A stretch of 64,000 bases of DNA, from sequence record OP172784; one strand, 5' to 3'. Below, piece by piece: positions 1 to 9,237 of this stretch. Made by a program: the position numbers and the translations under genes. Each line of letters begins with the position of its first letter. Position 1 is the first letter of the stretch. Source of the stretch: Escherichia phage ECO07P1. The notes beneath the pieces were generated by a model. The model was not told the origin of the DNA. It made no database searches and saw only the letters and a program-made list of their open reading frames with translations.

Positions 1-2498
1 GAGATTGGATGAAGCGAATGGAAGACATCGGTCTCGAAGCTCTCGGTATGAACGATTTTAAACTCGCTTATATCAGTGATACATATGGTTCAGAAATTGT
101 TTATGACCGAAAATTTGTTCGTGTAGCTAACTGTGATATTGAGGTTACTGGCGATAAATTTCCTGACCCAATGAAAGCAGAATATGAAATTGATGCTATC
201 ACTCATTATGATTCAATTGACGACCGTTTTTACGTCTTTGATTTGTTGAATTCAATGTACGGTTCAGTATCAAAATGGGATGCAAAGTTAGCTGCTAAGC
301 TTGACTGTGAAGGTGGTGATGAAGTTCCTCAAGAAATTCTTGACCGAGTAATTTATATGCCATTTGATAATGAGCGCGATATGCTCATGGAATATATTAA
401 TCTCTGGGAACAGAAACGACCTGCTATTTTTACTGGTTGGAATATTGAGGGATTTGACGTTCCGTATATCATGAATCGTGTTAAAATGGTTCTCGGTGAA
501 CGTAGTATGAAACGTTTCTCTCCAATCGGTCGAGTAAAATCTAAACTAATTCAAAATATGTACGGTAGCAAAGAAATTTATTCTATTGATGGCGTATCTA
601 TTCTTGATTATTTAGATTTGTACAAGAAGTTCGCATTTACTAATTTGCCATCATTCTCTTTGGAATCAGTTGCTCAGCACGAAACCAAAAAAGGTAAATT
701 GCCGTACGATGGTCCTATTAATAAACTTCGTGAGACTAATCATCAACGATACATTAGTTATAACATCATTGACGTAGAATCAGTTCAAGCAATTGATAAA
801 ATTCGTGGGTTTATCGATCTAGTTTTAAGTATGTCTTATTACGCTAAAATGCCTTTTTCTGGTGTAATGAGTCCTATTAAAACTTGGGATGCTATTATTT
901 TTAACTCATTGAAAGGTGAACATAAGGTTATTCCTCAACAAGGTTCGCACGTTAAACAGAGTTTTCCAGGTGCATTTGTATTTGAACCTAAAGCGATTGC
1001 TCGTCGATACATTATGAGTTTTGACTTGACGTCTCTGTATCCGAGTATTATTCGTCAGGTTAACATTAGTCCTGAAACTATTCGTGGTCAGTTTAAAGTT
1101 CATCCAATTCATGAATATATCGCAGGAACAGCTCCTAAACCGAGTGATGAATATTCTTGTTCTCCGAATGGATGGATGTATGATAAGCATCAAGAAGGTA
1201 TCATTCCAAAGGAAATCGCTAAAGTATTTTTCCAGCGTAAAGATTGGAAAAAGAAAATGTTCGCCGAAGAAATGAATGCCGAAGCTATTAAAAAGATTAT
1301 TATGAAAGGTGCAGGGTCTTGTTCAACTAAACCAGAAGTTGAACGATATGTTAAGTTCAATGATGATTTCTTAAATGAATTATCGAATTACACCGAATCT
1401 GTTCTTAATAGTCTGATCGAAGAATGTGAAAAAGCAGCTACACTTGCTAACACAAATCAGCTGAACCGTAAAATTCTTATTAACAGTCTTTATGGTGCTC
1501 TTGGTAATATTCATTTCCGCTACTATGATTTGCGAAATGCTACTGCTATCACAATTTTTGGTCAAGTTGGTATTCAGTGGATTGCTCGTAAAATTAATGA
1601 ATACCTAAATAAAGTATGTGGAACTGATGGTGAAGATTTCATCGCGGCGGGTGATACTGATTCGGTATATGTTTGTGTAGATAAAGTTATTGAAAAAGTA
1701 GGTCTTGACCGCTTTAAAGAACAAAATGATTTAGTTGAATTCATGAATCAGTTCGGTAAGAAAAAGATGGAACCTATGATTGATGTTGCATATCGTGAGT
1801 TATGTGATTATATGAATAACCGCGAGCATCTGATGCATATGGACCGTGAAGCTATTTCTTGTCCTCCGCTTGGTTCAAAGGGTGTTGGTGGATTTTGGAA
1901 AGCGAAAAAACGTTATGCTCTGAATGTTTATGATATGGAAGATAAGCGATTTGCTGAACCACATCTAAAAATCATGGGTATGGAAACTCAACAGAGTTCA
2001 ACACCAAAAGCAGTACAAGAAGCTCTCGAAGAAAGTATTCGTCGTATTCTTCAGGAAGGCGAAGAGTCTGTCCAAGAATACTATAAGAACTTTGAGAAAG
2101 AATATCGTCAACTTGACTATAAAGTTATTGCTGAAGTAAAAACCGCGAACGATATAGCGAAATATGACGATAAAGGTTGGCCAGGATTTAAATGCCCGTT
2201 CCATATTCGTGGTGTGCTAACTTATCGTCGAGCTGTTAGTGGTTTAGGTGTAGCTCCAATTTTGGATGGAAATAAGGTAATGGTTCTTCCATTGCGTGAA
2301 GGAAATCCATTTGGTGACAAGTGCATTGCTTGGCCATCGGGTACGGAACTTCCAAAAGAAATTCGTTCTGATGTACTGTCTTGGATTGACTACTCAACTT
2401 TGTTCCAAAAATCGTTTGTTAAACCGCTTGCGGGCATGTGTGAATCGGCTGGCATGGACTATGAAGAAAAAGCTTCGTTAGACTTCCTGTTTGGCTGA
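1..2498 (+). CDS. 43: DNA polymerase gp43, 5'-truncated at window edge (C-terminal ~830 aa)
   Basis: Open frame from window start to TGA 2496-2498; family-B polymerase motifs (SFDLTSLYPSII, KILINSLYGALG, AAGDTDSVYV); recognisably T4 gp43. Confidence 0.95.
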   Translation, partial: DWMKRMEDIGLEALGMNDFKLAYISDTYGSEIVYDRKFVRVANCDIEVTGDKFPDPMKAEYEIDAITHYDSIDDRFYVFDLLNSMYGSVSKWDAKLAAKLDCEGGDEVPQEILDRVIYMPFDNERDMLMEYINLWEQKRPAIFTGWNIEGFDVPYIMNRVKMVLGERSMKRFSPIGRVKSKLIQNMYGSKEIYSIDGVSILDYLDLYKKFAFTNLPSFSLESVAQHETKKGKLPYDGPINKLRETNHQRYISYNIIDVESVQAIDKIRGFIDLVLSMSYYAKMPFSGVMSPIKTWDAIIFNSLKGEHKVIPQQGSHVKQSFPGAFVFEPKAIARRYIMSFDLTSLYPSIIRQVNISPETIRGQFKVHPIHEYIAGTAPKPSDEYSCSPNGWMYDKHQEGIIPKEIAKVFFQRKDWKKKMFAEEMNAEAIKKIIMKGAGSCSTKPEVERYVKFNDDFLNELSNYTESVLNSLIEECEKAATLANTNQLNRKILINSLYGALGNIHFRYYDLRNATAITIFGQVGIQWIARKINEYLNKVCGTDGEDFIAAGDTDSVYVCVDKVIEKVGLDRFKEQNDLVEFMNQFGKKKMEPMIDVAYRELCDYMNNREHLMHMDREAISCPPLGSKGVGGFWKAKKRYALNVYDMEDKRFAEPHLKIMGMETQQSSTPKAVQEALEESIRRILQEGEESVQEYYKNFEKEYRQLDYKVIAEVKTANDIAKYDDKGWPGFKCPFHIRGVLTYRRAVSGLGVAPILDGNKVMVLPLREGNPFGDKCIAWPSGTELPKEIRSDVLSWIDYSTLFQKSFVKPLAGMCESAGMDYEEKASLDFLFG

Positions 2499-2511
2499 TA
2501 GAATAAATCTA

Positions 2512-2531
2512 GGGACCTCCAGGTCCCTTTT
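2512..2531 (+). terminator. GC hairpin (gggacct/aggtccc) plus T-run after gene 43
   Basis: Inverted repeat followed by TTTTT directly after stop codon. Confidence 0.5.
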
Positions 2532-2615
2532 TCATACAAGTAATATAAATCTATACTTATGAAAAAGAGATGATTCTGGACCCTTTGGATTCCCTAAAAA
2601 TTTTTTCACAAAACT

Positions 2616-2645
2616 GTTTACAAGACCGTTACTCTGTGGTACTAT
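2616..2645 (+). promoter_or_regulatory. T4-type early promoter (GTTTAC, 18-bp spacer, TACTAT)
   Basis: GTTTAC at 2616-2621, -10 TACTAT after TGTGG; A/T-rich upstream tract. Confidence 0.45.
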
Positions 2646-2679
2646 ACAACTATCAACTAATACGGATTTGGAGAATGAA

Positions 2680-3060
2680 ATGAAAATCGCTATTTTGGTT
2701 ATTGCATTAGGTCTTACTGGTTGTGTAGCTCAAGGACCAGTAGTAAATCAGTCTGATGCAGGAAAAATTGTAAACTGTTCAAGCAAATTTTATAATCCTA
2801 ACGTCAAGTGTTATAAAGAGGCTCCAAAACAGACAGTAGAACAAATGCAGGCGAATTTTGACGAAGCTATTCGTCCAGATGAATCTGCTCAAGCATATCG
2901 TAATTCAGATGTAATTACACGCGAAGAAAAAATTGAAAGCTACTGCGCTGAACTTTGGGCTAATTGGGCTAATAATTATCAATGGCGTACTGGTAAAAAT
3001 GCTCCAATGGAGTATGTAGTGAATTCTTATAATTCATGTGTAAAAAATTTGACTAAGTGA
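2680..3060 (+). CDS. Putative lipoprotein (signal peptide with LTGC lipobox), conserved T4-like small ORF
   Basis: ATG at 2680 with GGAG SD (track ORF starts at upstream TTG 2668); N-terminal MKIAILVIALGLTGC. Confidence 0.5.
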   Translation: MKIAILVIALGLTGCVAQGPVVNQSDAGKIVNCSSKFYNPNVKCYKEAPKQTVEQMQANFDEAIRPDESAQAYRNSDVITREEKIESYCAELWANWANNYQWRTGKNAPMEYVVNSYNSCVKNLTK

Positions 3061-3067
3061 GGAAAAC

Positions 3068-3319
3068 ATGGAAACTTTAGTAGCAGGTTCAATTTTTATG
3101 GTTTTAGTTTCAGGCGTGTTGGCTATTATTATATACATGCTTCCATGGTTCATCGCCTTGATGCGTGGGTCAAAATCGACAGTAGGAATCTTTTTCACAT
3201 CTTTACTGTTTAACTGGTCAATTATTGGTTGGTTTATTACATTTATTTGGTCAATTGCAGGTGAAACTAAAAAGTCTGCGCAGCCAAATCAGGTAATTAT
3301 CATCAGAGAGAAGGAATGA
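3068..3319 (+). CDS. imm: Imm, superinfection immunity membrane protein (83 aa)
   Basis: 83-aa two-TM protein matching T4 Imm in length and position between 43 and 42. Confidence 0.8.
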   Translation: METLVAGSIFMVLVSGVLAIIIYMLPWFIALMRGSKSTVGIFFTSLLFNWSIIGWFITFIWSIAGETKKSAQPNQVIIIREKE

Positions 3320-3465
3320 AAAGCAAAATTATAGCAGCATTGCTTTTAATCTTGATGATTATAATAAGTATATACTATAGTGTAACGGTTCCTTGTATGA
3401 TTCCAACTATTATTTTAGGTTGGGGTTTATTACTGTTACAAGTTAAATATGAATGTATCAATTGA
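3316..3465 (+). CDS. Small hydrophobic membrane peptide (49 aa)
   Basis: ATG overlaps imm stop (ATGA); below the ORF-track size cutoff; hydrophobic throughout. Confidence 0.3.
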   Translation: MKSKIIAALLLILMIIISIYYSVTVPCMIPTIILGWGLLLLQVKYECIN

Positions 3466-3472
3466 GGTTTAA

Positions 3473-4213
3473 ATGATTAGTGACTCTATGACAGTTGAAG
3501 AAATCCGTCTTCATTTGGGAACTGCATTAAAGGAAAAAGATTTCGTAGTTGATAAAACTGGTGTTAAAACTATTGAAATTATTGGCGCATCATTTGTAGC
3601 AGATGAACCGTTTATTTTTGGCGCTCTTAATGATGAATACATTCAGCGTGAACTTGAATGGTATAAATCTAAGAGCTTGTTCGTTAAAGATATTCCGGGT
3701 GAAACACCGAAGATTTGGCAACAAGTAGCATCTTCTAAAGGTGAAATTAACTCAAATTATGGTTGGGCTATCTGGTCAGAAGATAACTATGCCCAGTATG
3801 ATATGTGTTTAGCTGAACTTGGTCAAAATCCTGATTCTCGACGTGGTATCATGATTTATACTCGTCCATCTATGCAGTTTGACTACAATAAAGATGGCAT
3901 GTCAGATTTCATGTGTACTAATACAGTACAGTACCTGATTCGTGATAAGAAAGTCAATGCAGTAGTAAGCATGCGCTCAAATGACGTGGTCTTCGGATTC
4001 CGTAATGATTATGCATGGCAAAAATACGTATTAGATAAATTAGTATCTGATTTGAATGCCGGCGATTCAACTCGTCAGTATAAAGCAGGTTCTATTATAT
4101 GGAATGTTGGAAGTCTTCATGTATATTCTCGTCATTTTTACTTGGTTGATCATTGGTGGAATACTGGCGAAACTCATATTGTGAAAAAAGATTATAATGG
4201 TGAGTGGAAATGA
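3473..4213 (+). CDS. 42: dCMP hydroxymethylase gp42 (246 aa)
   Basis: 246 aa, near-identical to remembered T4 gp42 (MISDSMTVEEIRLHLG...). Confidence 0.95.
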   Translation: MISDSMTVEEIRLHLGTALKEKDFVVDKTGVKTIEIIGASFVADEPFIFGALNDEYIQRELEWYKSKSLFVKDIPGETPKIWQQVASSKGEINSNYGWAIWSEDNYAQYDMCLAELGQNPDSRRGIMIYTRPSMQFDYNKDGMSDFMCTNTVQYLIRDKKVNAVVSMRSNDVVFGFRNDYAWQKYVLDKLVSDLNAGDSTRQYKAGSIIWNVGSLHVYSRHFYLVDHWWNTGETHIVKKDYNGEWK

Positions 4214-5052
4214 TTCAATTCGTAATTCCAAGTTATCAGCGTGTCGGGGCAGTTTCTGCCCTTAATATGTTTCCGACTGATTATGAACCCCATATTGTAG
4301 TGCGTGAACATGAAGAAAAAGCTTATTATGATGCTTATGGGTCTAGAGCTAAAATTATAGCTATTCCTGATGATGTTAATGGAATTGCCGGTACTCGTAA
4401 AGCAATTACTGATATGTATGCAGGTCAACGAATCTGGATGATTGATGATGATACTACTATTCGTATGAGTTCAATACGAAAGAGAGACGATAAACGGCGC
4501 GTAGATAAAATTAATCAATTAACTCGTGAACAGTTCTATGAATTGATTCAATACGTTGAGGATGCCATGGATTGCGGGTATTATCATGGCCATGCTCGTC
4601 TACCAATTTTTAAAATTACTTCATCTTGGGGTAATTATCGTGAAAACTCATATGGATTCACGAATACATGGTATGACCTCGGAAAACTTACGACAGAACA
4701 AATTGGGTATGGAAAAATTGATTTATGCGAAGATATGTATGCATTTCTCAATTTAATTAATCAAGGTTATCCGCATTTGGCCTTGTTCAAATATCTAGTT
4801 GTATCTGGAAAATCACACGCTCCCGGTGGGTGTAGTTCAATTCGTAGTAATTCTAAACATAATAGAGCGCTTGAGCAAATCAATAGAGAGTTTCCAGAGC
4901 AAGCTCGTTGGAAAACATCGAATATTGAAAAACGAAAATCGTTGGGTGAAGAAGATGAGCCATTAAAAGTTCTTCGCATGTGTGTTTCGCGTAAAGAAAA
5001 ATCAGAAGCGTTTCATAAGTTTAATGCTATTCATCCAATAGCAGTTGATTAA
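4210..5052 (+). CDS. Putative hydroxymethylcytosine glucosyltransferase, T2/T6 beta-glucosyl-HMC-alpha-glucosyltransferase type (280 aa)
   Basis: ATG at 4210 overlaps gene 42 stop (track ORF uses GTG at 4204); occupies the T4 beta-gt locus between 42 and uvsX; IWMIDDDTT acidic motif; 280 aa is the size I recall for T2/T6 beta-alpha-gt. Confidence 0.55.
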   Translation: MIQFVIPSYQRVGAVSALNMFPTDYEPHIVVREHEEKAYYDAYGSRAKIIAIPDDVNGIAGTRKAITDMYAGQRIWMIDDDTTIRMSSIRKRDDKRRVDKINQLTREQFYELIQYVEDAMDCGYYHGHARLPIFKITSSWGNYRENSYGFTNTWYDLGKLTTEQIGYGKIDLCEDMYAFLNLINQGYPHLALFKYLVVSGKSHAPGGCSSIRSNSKHNRALEQINREFPEQARWKTSNIEKRKSLGEEDEPLKVLRMCVSRKEKSEAFHKFNAIHPIAVD

Positions 5053-5129
5053 TGCCTAAATTTATTGTGTTATAATTACCCTATCTTTAACCAGTGAGGA
5101 AAATATAATGATGCCTATGGAAAAAATGA

Positions 5130-6311
5130 ATGTCTATTGCAGATTTAAAATCCCGTTTGATTAAAGCTTCCACTTCTAAAATGACTGCTGAACTGACTAC
5201 ATCTAAATTCTTTAATGAAAAGGATGTAATCCGTACAAAAATCCCAATGCTTAATATCGCTATTTCCGGTGCGATTGATGGCGGTATGCAGTCTGGTTTA
5301 ACTATTTTTGCAGGTCCTTCTAAACACTTTAAATCAAATATGTCTTTGACTATGGTTGCGGCGTATTTGAACAAATATCCGGACGCGGTTTGTCTATTTT
5401 ATGATAGCGAATTTGGTATTACTCCAGCTTATTTGCGATCCATGGGAGTTGACCCGGAACGAGTAATTCATACACCAATTCAGTCAGTTGAACAACTGAA
5501 AATTGATATGGTGAATCAGCTTGAAGCGATTGAGCGTGGTGAAAAAGTTATTGTATTCATCGACTCAATTGGTAATATGGCTTCCAAGAAAGAAACGGAA
5601 GATGCCTTGAATGAAAAATCTGTGGCAGATATGACTCGTGCTAAATCACTGAAGTCATTATTCCGTATTGTTACTCCTTATTTTAGTATTAAAAACATTC
5701 CATGCGTTGCGGTTAACCATACAATTGAAACAATTGAAATGTTTAGTAAAACCGTGATGACAGGTGGTACAGGCGTAATGTATTCGGCTGATACTGTATT
5801 CATTATCGGTAAGCGCCAGATTAAAGATGGTTCTGATCTTCAGGGGTATCAATTTGTTCTAAATGTAGAAAAATCTCGTACCGTCAAAGAAAAAAGTAAA
5901 TTCTTTATTGATGTTAAATTTGACGGTGGTATCGATCCTTATTCTGGATTATTAGATATGGCTCTTGAATTAGGATTTGTAGTAAAACCTAAAAATGGCT
6001 GGTATGCTCGTGAATTTCTTGATGAAGAAACCGGCGAGATGATTCGCGAAGAAAAATCTTGGCGTGCAAAAGATACCAATTGCACTACATTCTGGGGTCC
6101 TTTATTTAAACATCAGCCATTCCGAGATGCTATTAAACGTGCTTATCAGTTAGGTGCTATTGATAGCAATGAAATTGTTGAAGCTGAAGTTGATGAATTA
6201 ATTAACTCAAAGGTTGAAAAATTTAAATCTCCAGAAAGTAAAAGTAAATCAGCAGCTGATTTAGAAACTGACCTAGAACAGTTAAGTGATATGGAAGAAT
6301 TTAATGAATAA
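5130..6311 (+). CDS. uvsX: UvsX recombinase (RecA-like)
   Basis: 393 aa, near-identical to remembered T4 UvsX. Confidence 0.95.
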   Translation: MSIADLKSRLIKASTSKMTAELTTSKFFNEKDVIRTKIPMLNIAISGAIDGGMQSGLTIFAGPSKHFKSNMSLTMVAAYLNKYPDAVCLFYDSEFGITPAYLRSMGVDPERVIHTPIQSVEQLKIDMVNQLEAIERGEKVIVFIDSIGNMASKKETEDALNEKSVADMTRAKSLKSLFRIVTPYFSIKNIPCVAVNHTIETIEMFSKTVMTGGTGVMYSADTVFIIGKRQIKDGSDLQGYQFVLNVEKSRTVKEKSKFFIDVKFDGGIDPYSGLLDMALELGFVVKPKNGWYAREFLDEETGEMIREEKSWRAKDTNCTTFWGPLFKHQPFRDAIKRAYQLGAIDSNEIVEAEVDELINSKVEKFKSPESKSKSAADLETDLEQLSDMEEFNE

Positions 6312-6648
6312 AGATGATTTAGATTTAGATCTAGAAATTATCGACGAATCCCCCTCTTCGGAGGGGGAAGAAGAAAGAAAAGAACGCCTTTTTAATGAAT
6401 CTCTTAAGATAATTAAATCTGCCATGGAAAATGTTATCCAGGAGATTGTCATTAAACTAGAAGACGGTTCTACACACATTGTGTATGTGACAAAATTAGA
6501 TTGGGTTGATGGAAAAGTCGTAATGGACTTTGCTGTTCTTGACCAAGAAAGAAAAGCTGAGTTAGCTCCTCATGTAGAAAAATGTATTACAATGCAACTA
6601 CAAGATGCATTTAATAAAAGGTCAAAGAAAAAATTTAAATTCTTTTAA
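6304..6648 (+). CDS. 40: gp40 head assembly protein
   Basis: ATG at 6304 overlapping uvsX stop; alternative upstream ATG at 6286; position between uvsX and 41. Confidence 0.6.
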   Translation: MNKDDLDLDLEIIDESPSSEGEEERKERLFNESLKIIKSAMENVIQEIVIKLEDGSTHIVYVTKLDWVDGKVVMDFAVLDQERKAELAPHVEKCITMQLQDAFNKRSKKKFKFF

Positions 6649-6657
6649 GGAGTAAGT

Positions 6658-8085
6658 GTGGTAGAAATTATTCTTTCTCATCTCATATTTGATCAAGCTT
6701 ATTTTTCAAAAGTTTGGCCATATATGGATTCAGAATATTTTGAAAGTGGTCCAGCTAAAAATACATTCAAATTAATTAAATCTCATGTTAATGAGTACCA
6801 TAGCGTTCCATCTATTAATGCGTTAAATGTTGCATTAGAAAATAGTTCATTTACTGAAACAGAATATTCTGGTGTAAAAACACTTATTTCAAAACTAGCT
6901 GATTCTCCAGAAGACCATAGCTGGTTAGTAAAAGAAACAGAAAAATACGTTCAGCAAAGGGCGATGTTTAATGCTACGTCTAAAATAATTGAAATTCAAA
7001 CTAATGCTGAGCTTCCTCCGGAAAAACGAAATAAGAAAATGCCAGATGTAGGTGCTATTCCTGACATCATGCGTCAAGCATTATCAATTTCATTTGATAG
7101 CTACGTTGGCCATGATTGGATGGATGACTACGAAGCACGTTGGCTATCTTATATGAATAAAGCTCGTAAGGTTCCATTTAAACTCAAAATTCTAAATAAA
7201 ATTACTAAAGGCGGAGCTGAGACTGGAACACTGAACGTTTTAATGGCTGGTGTTAACGTTGGTAAGTCATTAGGATTATGTTCATTAGCAGCAGATTATT
7301 TACAGCTCGGACATAATGTTCTTTACATTTCCATGGAAATGGCAGAAGAAGTCTGTGCTAAGCGTATTGATGCTAATATGCTTGATGTTTCTCTTGATGA
7401 CATTGATGATGGACATATTTCTTACGCTGAATATAAAGGAAAAATGGAAAAATGGCGTGAGAAATCTACTCTCGGTCGTTTAATCGTTAAACAGTATCCT
7501 ACTGGTGGAGCAGACGCTAATACATTTCGATCGCTTTTAAACGAATTAAAGCTCAAGAAGAATTTTGTTCCAACAATCATTATTGTCGACTATCTAGGTA
7601 TTTGTAAATCTTGTCGCATCAGAGTTTATTCAGAAAATAGTTACACAACTGTTAAAGCTATCGCAGAGGAATTGCGTGCTCTGGCTGTTGAAACCGAAAC
7701 TGTTCTTTGGACCGCAGCACAAGTTGGTAAGCAAGCTTGGGATTCTTCTGATGTTAACATGAGCGATATTGCAGAATCTGCCGGTCTTCCAGCAACAGCC
7801 GATTTTATGCTTGCGGTCATTGAAACCGAGGAGTTAGCAGCGGCTGAACAGCAACTCATTAAGCAAATCAAATCACGATATGGCGATAAGAATAAATGGA
7901 ATAAGTTTTTGATGGGTGTTCAAAAAGGAAATCAAAAATGGGTAGAAATTGAGCAAGATTCTACTCCAACCGAAGTGAACGAAGTAGCAGGTTCACAGCA
8001 GATTCAGGCTGAACAGAATCGCTATCAAAGAAATGAATCTACTCGAGCCCAGTTAGATGCTTTAGCAAATGAATTAAAATTTTAG
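6658..8085 (+). CDS. 41: gp41 replicative DNA helicase (DnaB-like), GTG start
   Basis: 475 aa; Walker A GVNVGKS; GTG start with GGAG SD; matches T4 gp41. Confidence 0.95.
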   Translation: MVEIILSHLIFDQAYFSKVWPYMDSEYFESGPAKNTFKLIKSHVNEYHSVPSINALNVALENSSFTETEYSGVKTLISKLADSPEDHSWLVKETEKYVQQRAMFNATSKIIEIQTNAELPPEKRNKKMPDVGAIPDIMRQALSISFDSYVGHDWMDDYEARWLSYMNKARKVPFKLKILNKITKGGAETGTLNVLMAGVNVGKSLGLCSLAADYLQLGHNVLYISMEMAEEVCAKRIDANMLDVSLDDIDDGHISYAEYKGKMEKWREKSTLGRLIVKQYPTGGADANTFRSLLNELKLKKNFVPTIIIVDYLGICKSCRIRVYSENSYTTVKAIAEELRALAVETETVLWTAAQVGKQAWDSSDVNMSDIAESAGLPATADFMLAVIETEELAAAEQQLIKQIKSRYGDKNKWNKFLMGVQKGNQKWVEIEQDSTPTEVNEVAGSQQIQAEQNRYQRNESTRAQLDALANELKF

Positions 8086-8114
8086 TTTACAAGCTGACAA
8101 GACTATGGTATAGT
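8085..8114 (+). promoter_or_regulatory. T4-type early promoter upstream of dmd
   Basis: GTTTAC 8085-8090, 18-bp spacer, TATAGT 8109-8114. Confidence 0.45.
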
Positions 8115-8142
8115 AGTCTTGTTGGTTAAATGAGGAGATGTT

Positions 8143-8325
8143 ATGGAATTGGTAAAGGTAGTTTTTATGGGGTGGTTTAAGAATAAAAGCATGTTTACTA
8201 AAGAAATCACAATGATGAAAGATGACGTTCAATGGGCTACTACTCAATATGCTGAAGTTAATAAAGCATTAGTTAAAGCTTTCATTGATGGCAAGAAAGT
8301 ATGTGAAGTTGATTGTCGAGGGTAA
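8143..8325 (+). CDS. dmd: Dmd, antitoxin against host RnlA/LsoA (60 aa)
   Basis: 60 aa matching remembered T4 Dmd (MELVKVVFMGWFKN...). Confidence 0.85.
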   Translation: MELVKVVFMGWFKNKSMFTKEITMMKDDVQWATTQYAEVNKALVKAFIDGKKVCEVDCRG

Positions 8326-8326
8326 T

Positions 8327-8563
8327 ATGCATATTGTTTTATTTAAACCTACTCCGTATAATGTCAGGAAAAATACTCAATTCAAAGCACTTGTTGCAGA
8401 TACGTGGGAATTGGTGTTAGATATTCCACCAGAAGAAAGTCCTCCATCTGGTCGAGTGGAATTTATTAAGTTTGCTGTGCGCCCTACGAAGCGACAGATT
8501 CGCCAATGCAAAAGATACTTTCGTAAAATCGTCAAGTTAGAGAAACAGTTATTGATGCAGTAA
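8327..8563 (+). CDS. Hypothetical protein (T4 61.4 region)
   Basis: ATG at 8327 with GAGGG SD right after dmd stop; track ORF starts at 8285. Confidence 0.45.
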   Translation: MHIVLFKPTPYNVRKNTQFKALVADTWELVLDIPPEESPPSGRVEFIKFAVRPTKRQIRQCKRYFRKIVKLEKQLLMQ

Positions 8564-8570
8564 AATAGTA

Positions 8571-8600
8571 GTTTACAAGCTGATAGAGTTGTGTTATAGT
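8571..8600 (+). promoter_or_regulatory. T4-type early promoter
   Basis: GTTTAC 8571-8576, 18-bp spacer, TATAGT 8595-8600. Confidence 0.45.
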
Positions 8601-8631
8601 AATTCTATCAGCTAATCGCGGAGAAAAGAAA

Positions 8632-8886
8632 ATGATGCTAGTTAATAGAGAATATCAGTTTAAATCAGAAGAAGATTTGGAAAAATTCGCAAGTGGTTGT
8701 GAACTGAATAGACGCACAGCTAAAGTCATAGGATTAAAACCCTTTACAGTTCTAGATTGTGAAGTTTCTAAATTCCGCAGAGGGTGTTCTATTAGCGGTC
8801 ATGCTCTGGTTGATGGGAACACATTTTTCTTTGTTTTTAGCGTCAGAGAACTTTTATTGATTAACGAACTTGAGGAAATAAAATAG
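8632..8886 (+). CDS. Hypothetical protein
   Basis: 84-aa ORF with GGAG SD. Confidence 0.45.
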   Translation: MMLVNREYQFKSEEDLEKFASGCELNRRTAKVIGLKPFTVLDCEVSKFRRGCSISGHALVDGNTFFFVFSVRELLLINELEEIK

Positions 8887-8943
8887 TTTACTTTTGCTGG
8901 AAATTGAGATACTATATAAACATAAACTACTGAGGAGATTATC

Positions 8944-9237
8944 ATGAAAAAATTTGTTTTTGCTGCAATTTTTGCTTTGGCTTCTTGTGCTGCTCAGCCT
9001 GCTATGGCGGGTTATGATAAAGATTTGTGTGAATGGTCTATGACCGCAGATCAGACTGAGGTTGAAACTCAGATTGAAGCAGATATTATGAATATCGTTG
9101 AGCGTGATCGCCCTGAAATGAAAGCTGAAGTACAAAAACAGCTTAAATCGGGTGGTGTAATGCAGTATAATTATGTTCTGTATTGCGATAAAAACTTCAA
9201 TAATAAAAATATCATCGCTGAAGTGGTAGGTGAATAA
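8944..9237 (+). CDS. sp: Spackle (Sp), periplasmic protein with signal peptide (97 aa)
   Basis: 97 aa; N-terminal signal peptide MKKFVFAAIFALASCAAQPAMA; position between 41 and 61 as in T4. Confidence 0.7.
   Translation: MKKFVFAAIFALASCAAQPAMAGYDKDLCEWSMTADQTEVETQIEADIMNIVERDRPEMKAEVQKQLKSGGVMQYNYVLYCDKNFNNKNIIAEVVGE

Noticed and set aside
906-1193. Antisense ORFs from the six-frame track lying inside gene 43 (906..1193 -, 1380..1565 -, 1998..2204 -) and alternative-frame ORFs 1084..1275 and 2296..2481
   Set aside because: Fully embedded in a conserved polymerase frame, low-complexity composition, no Shine-Dalgarno; frame-shadow artefacts.
9-2498. ATG at position 9 as the start of the polymerase gene
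   Set aside because: The frame is open to the window edge and the protein corresponds to an internal part of gp43; the true start lies upstream of the window.
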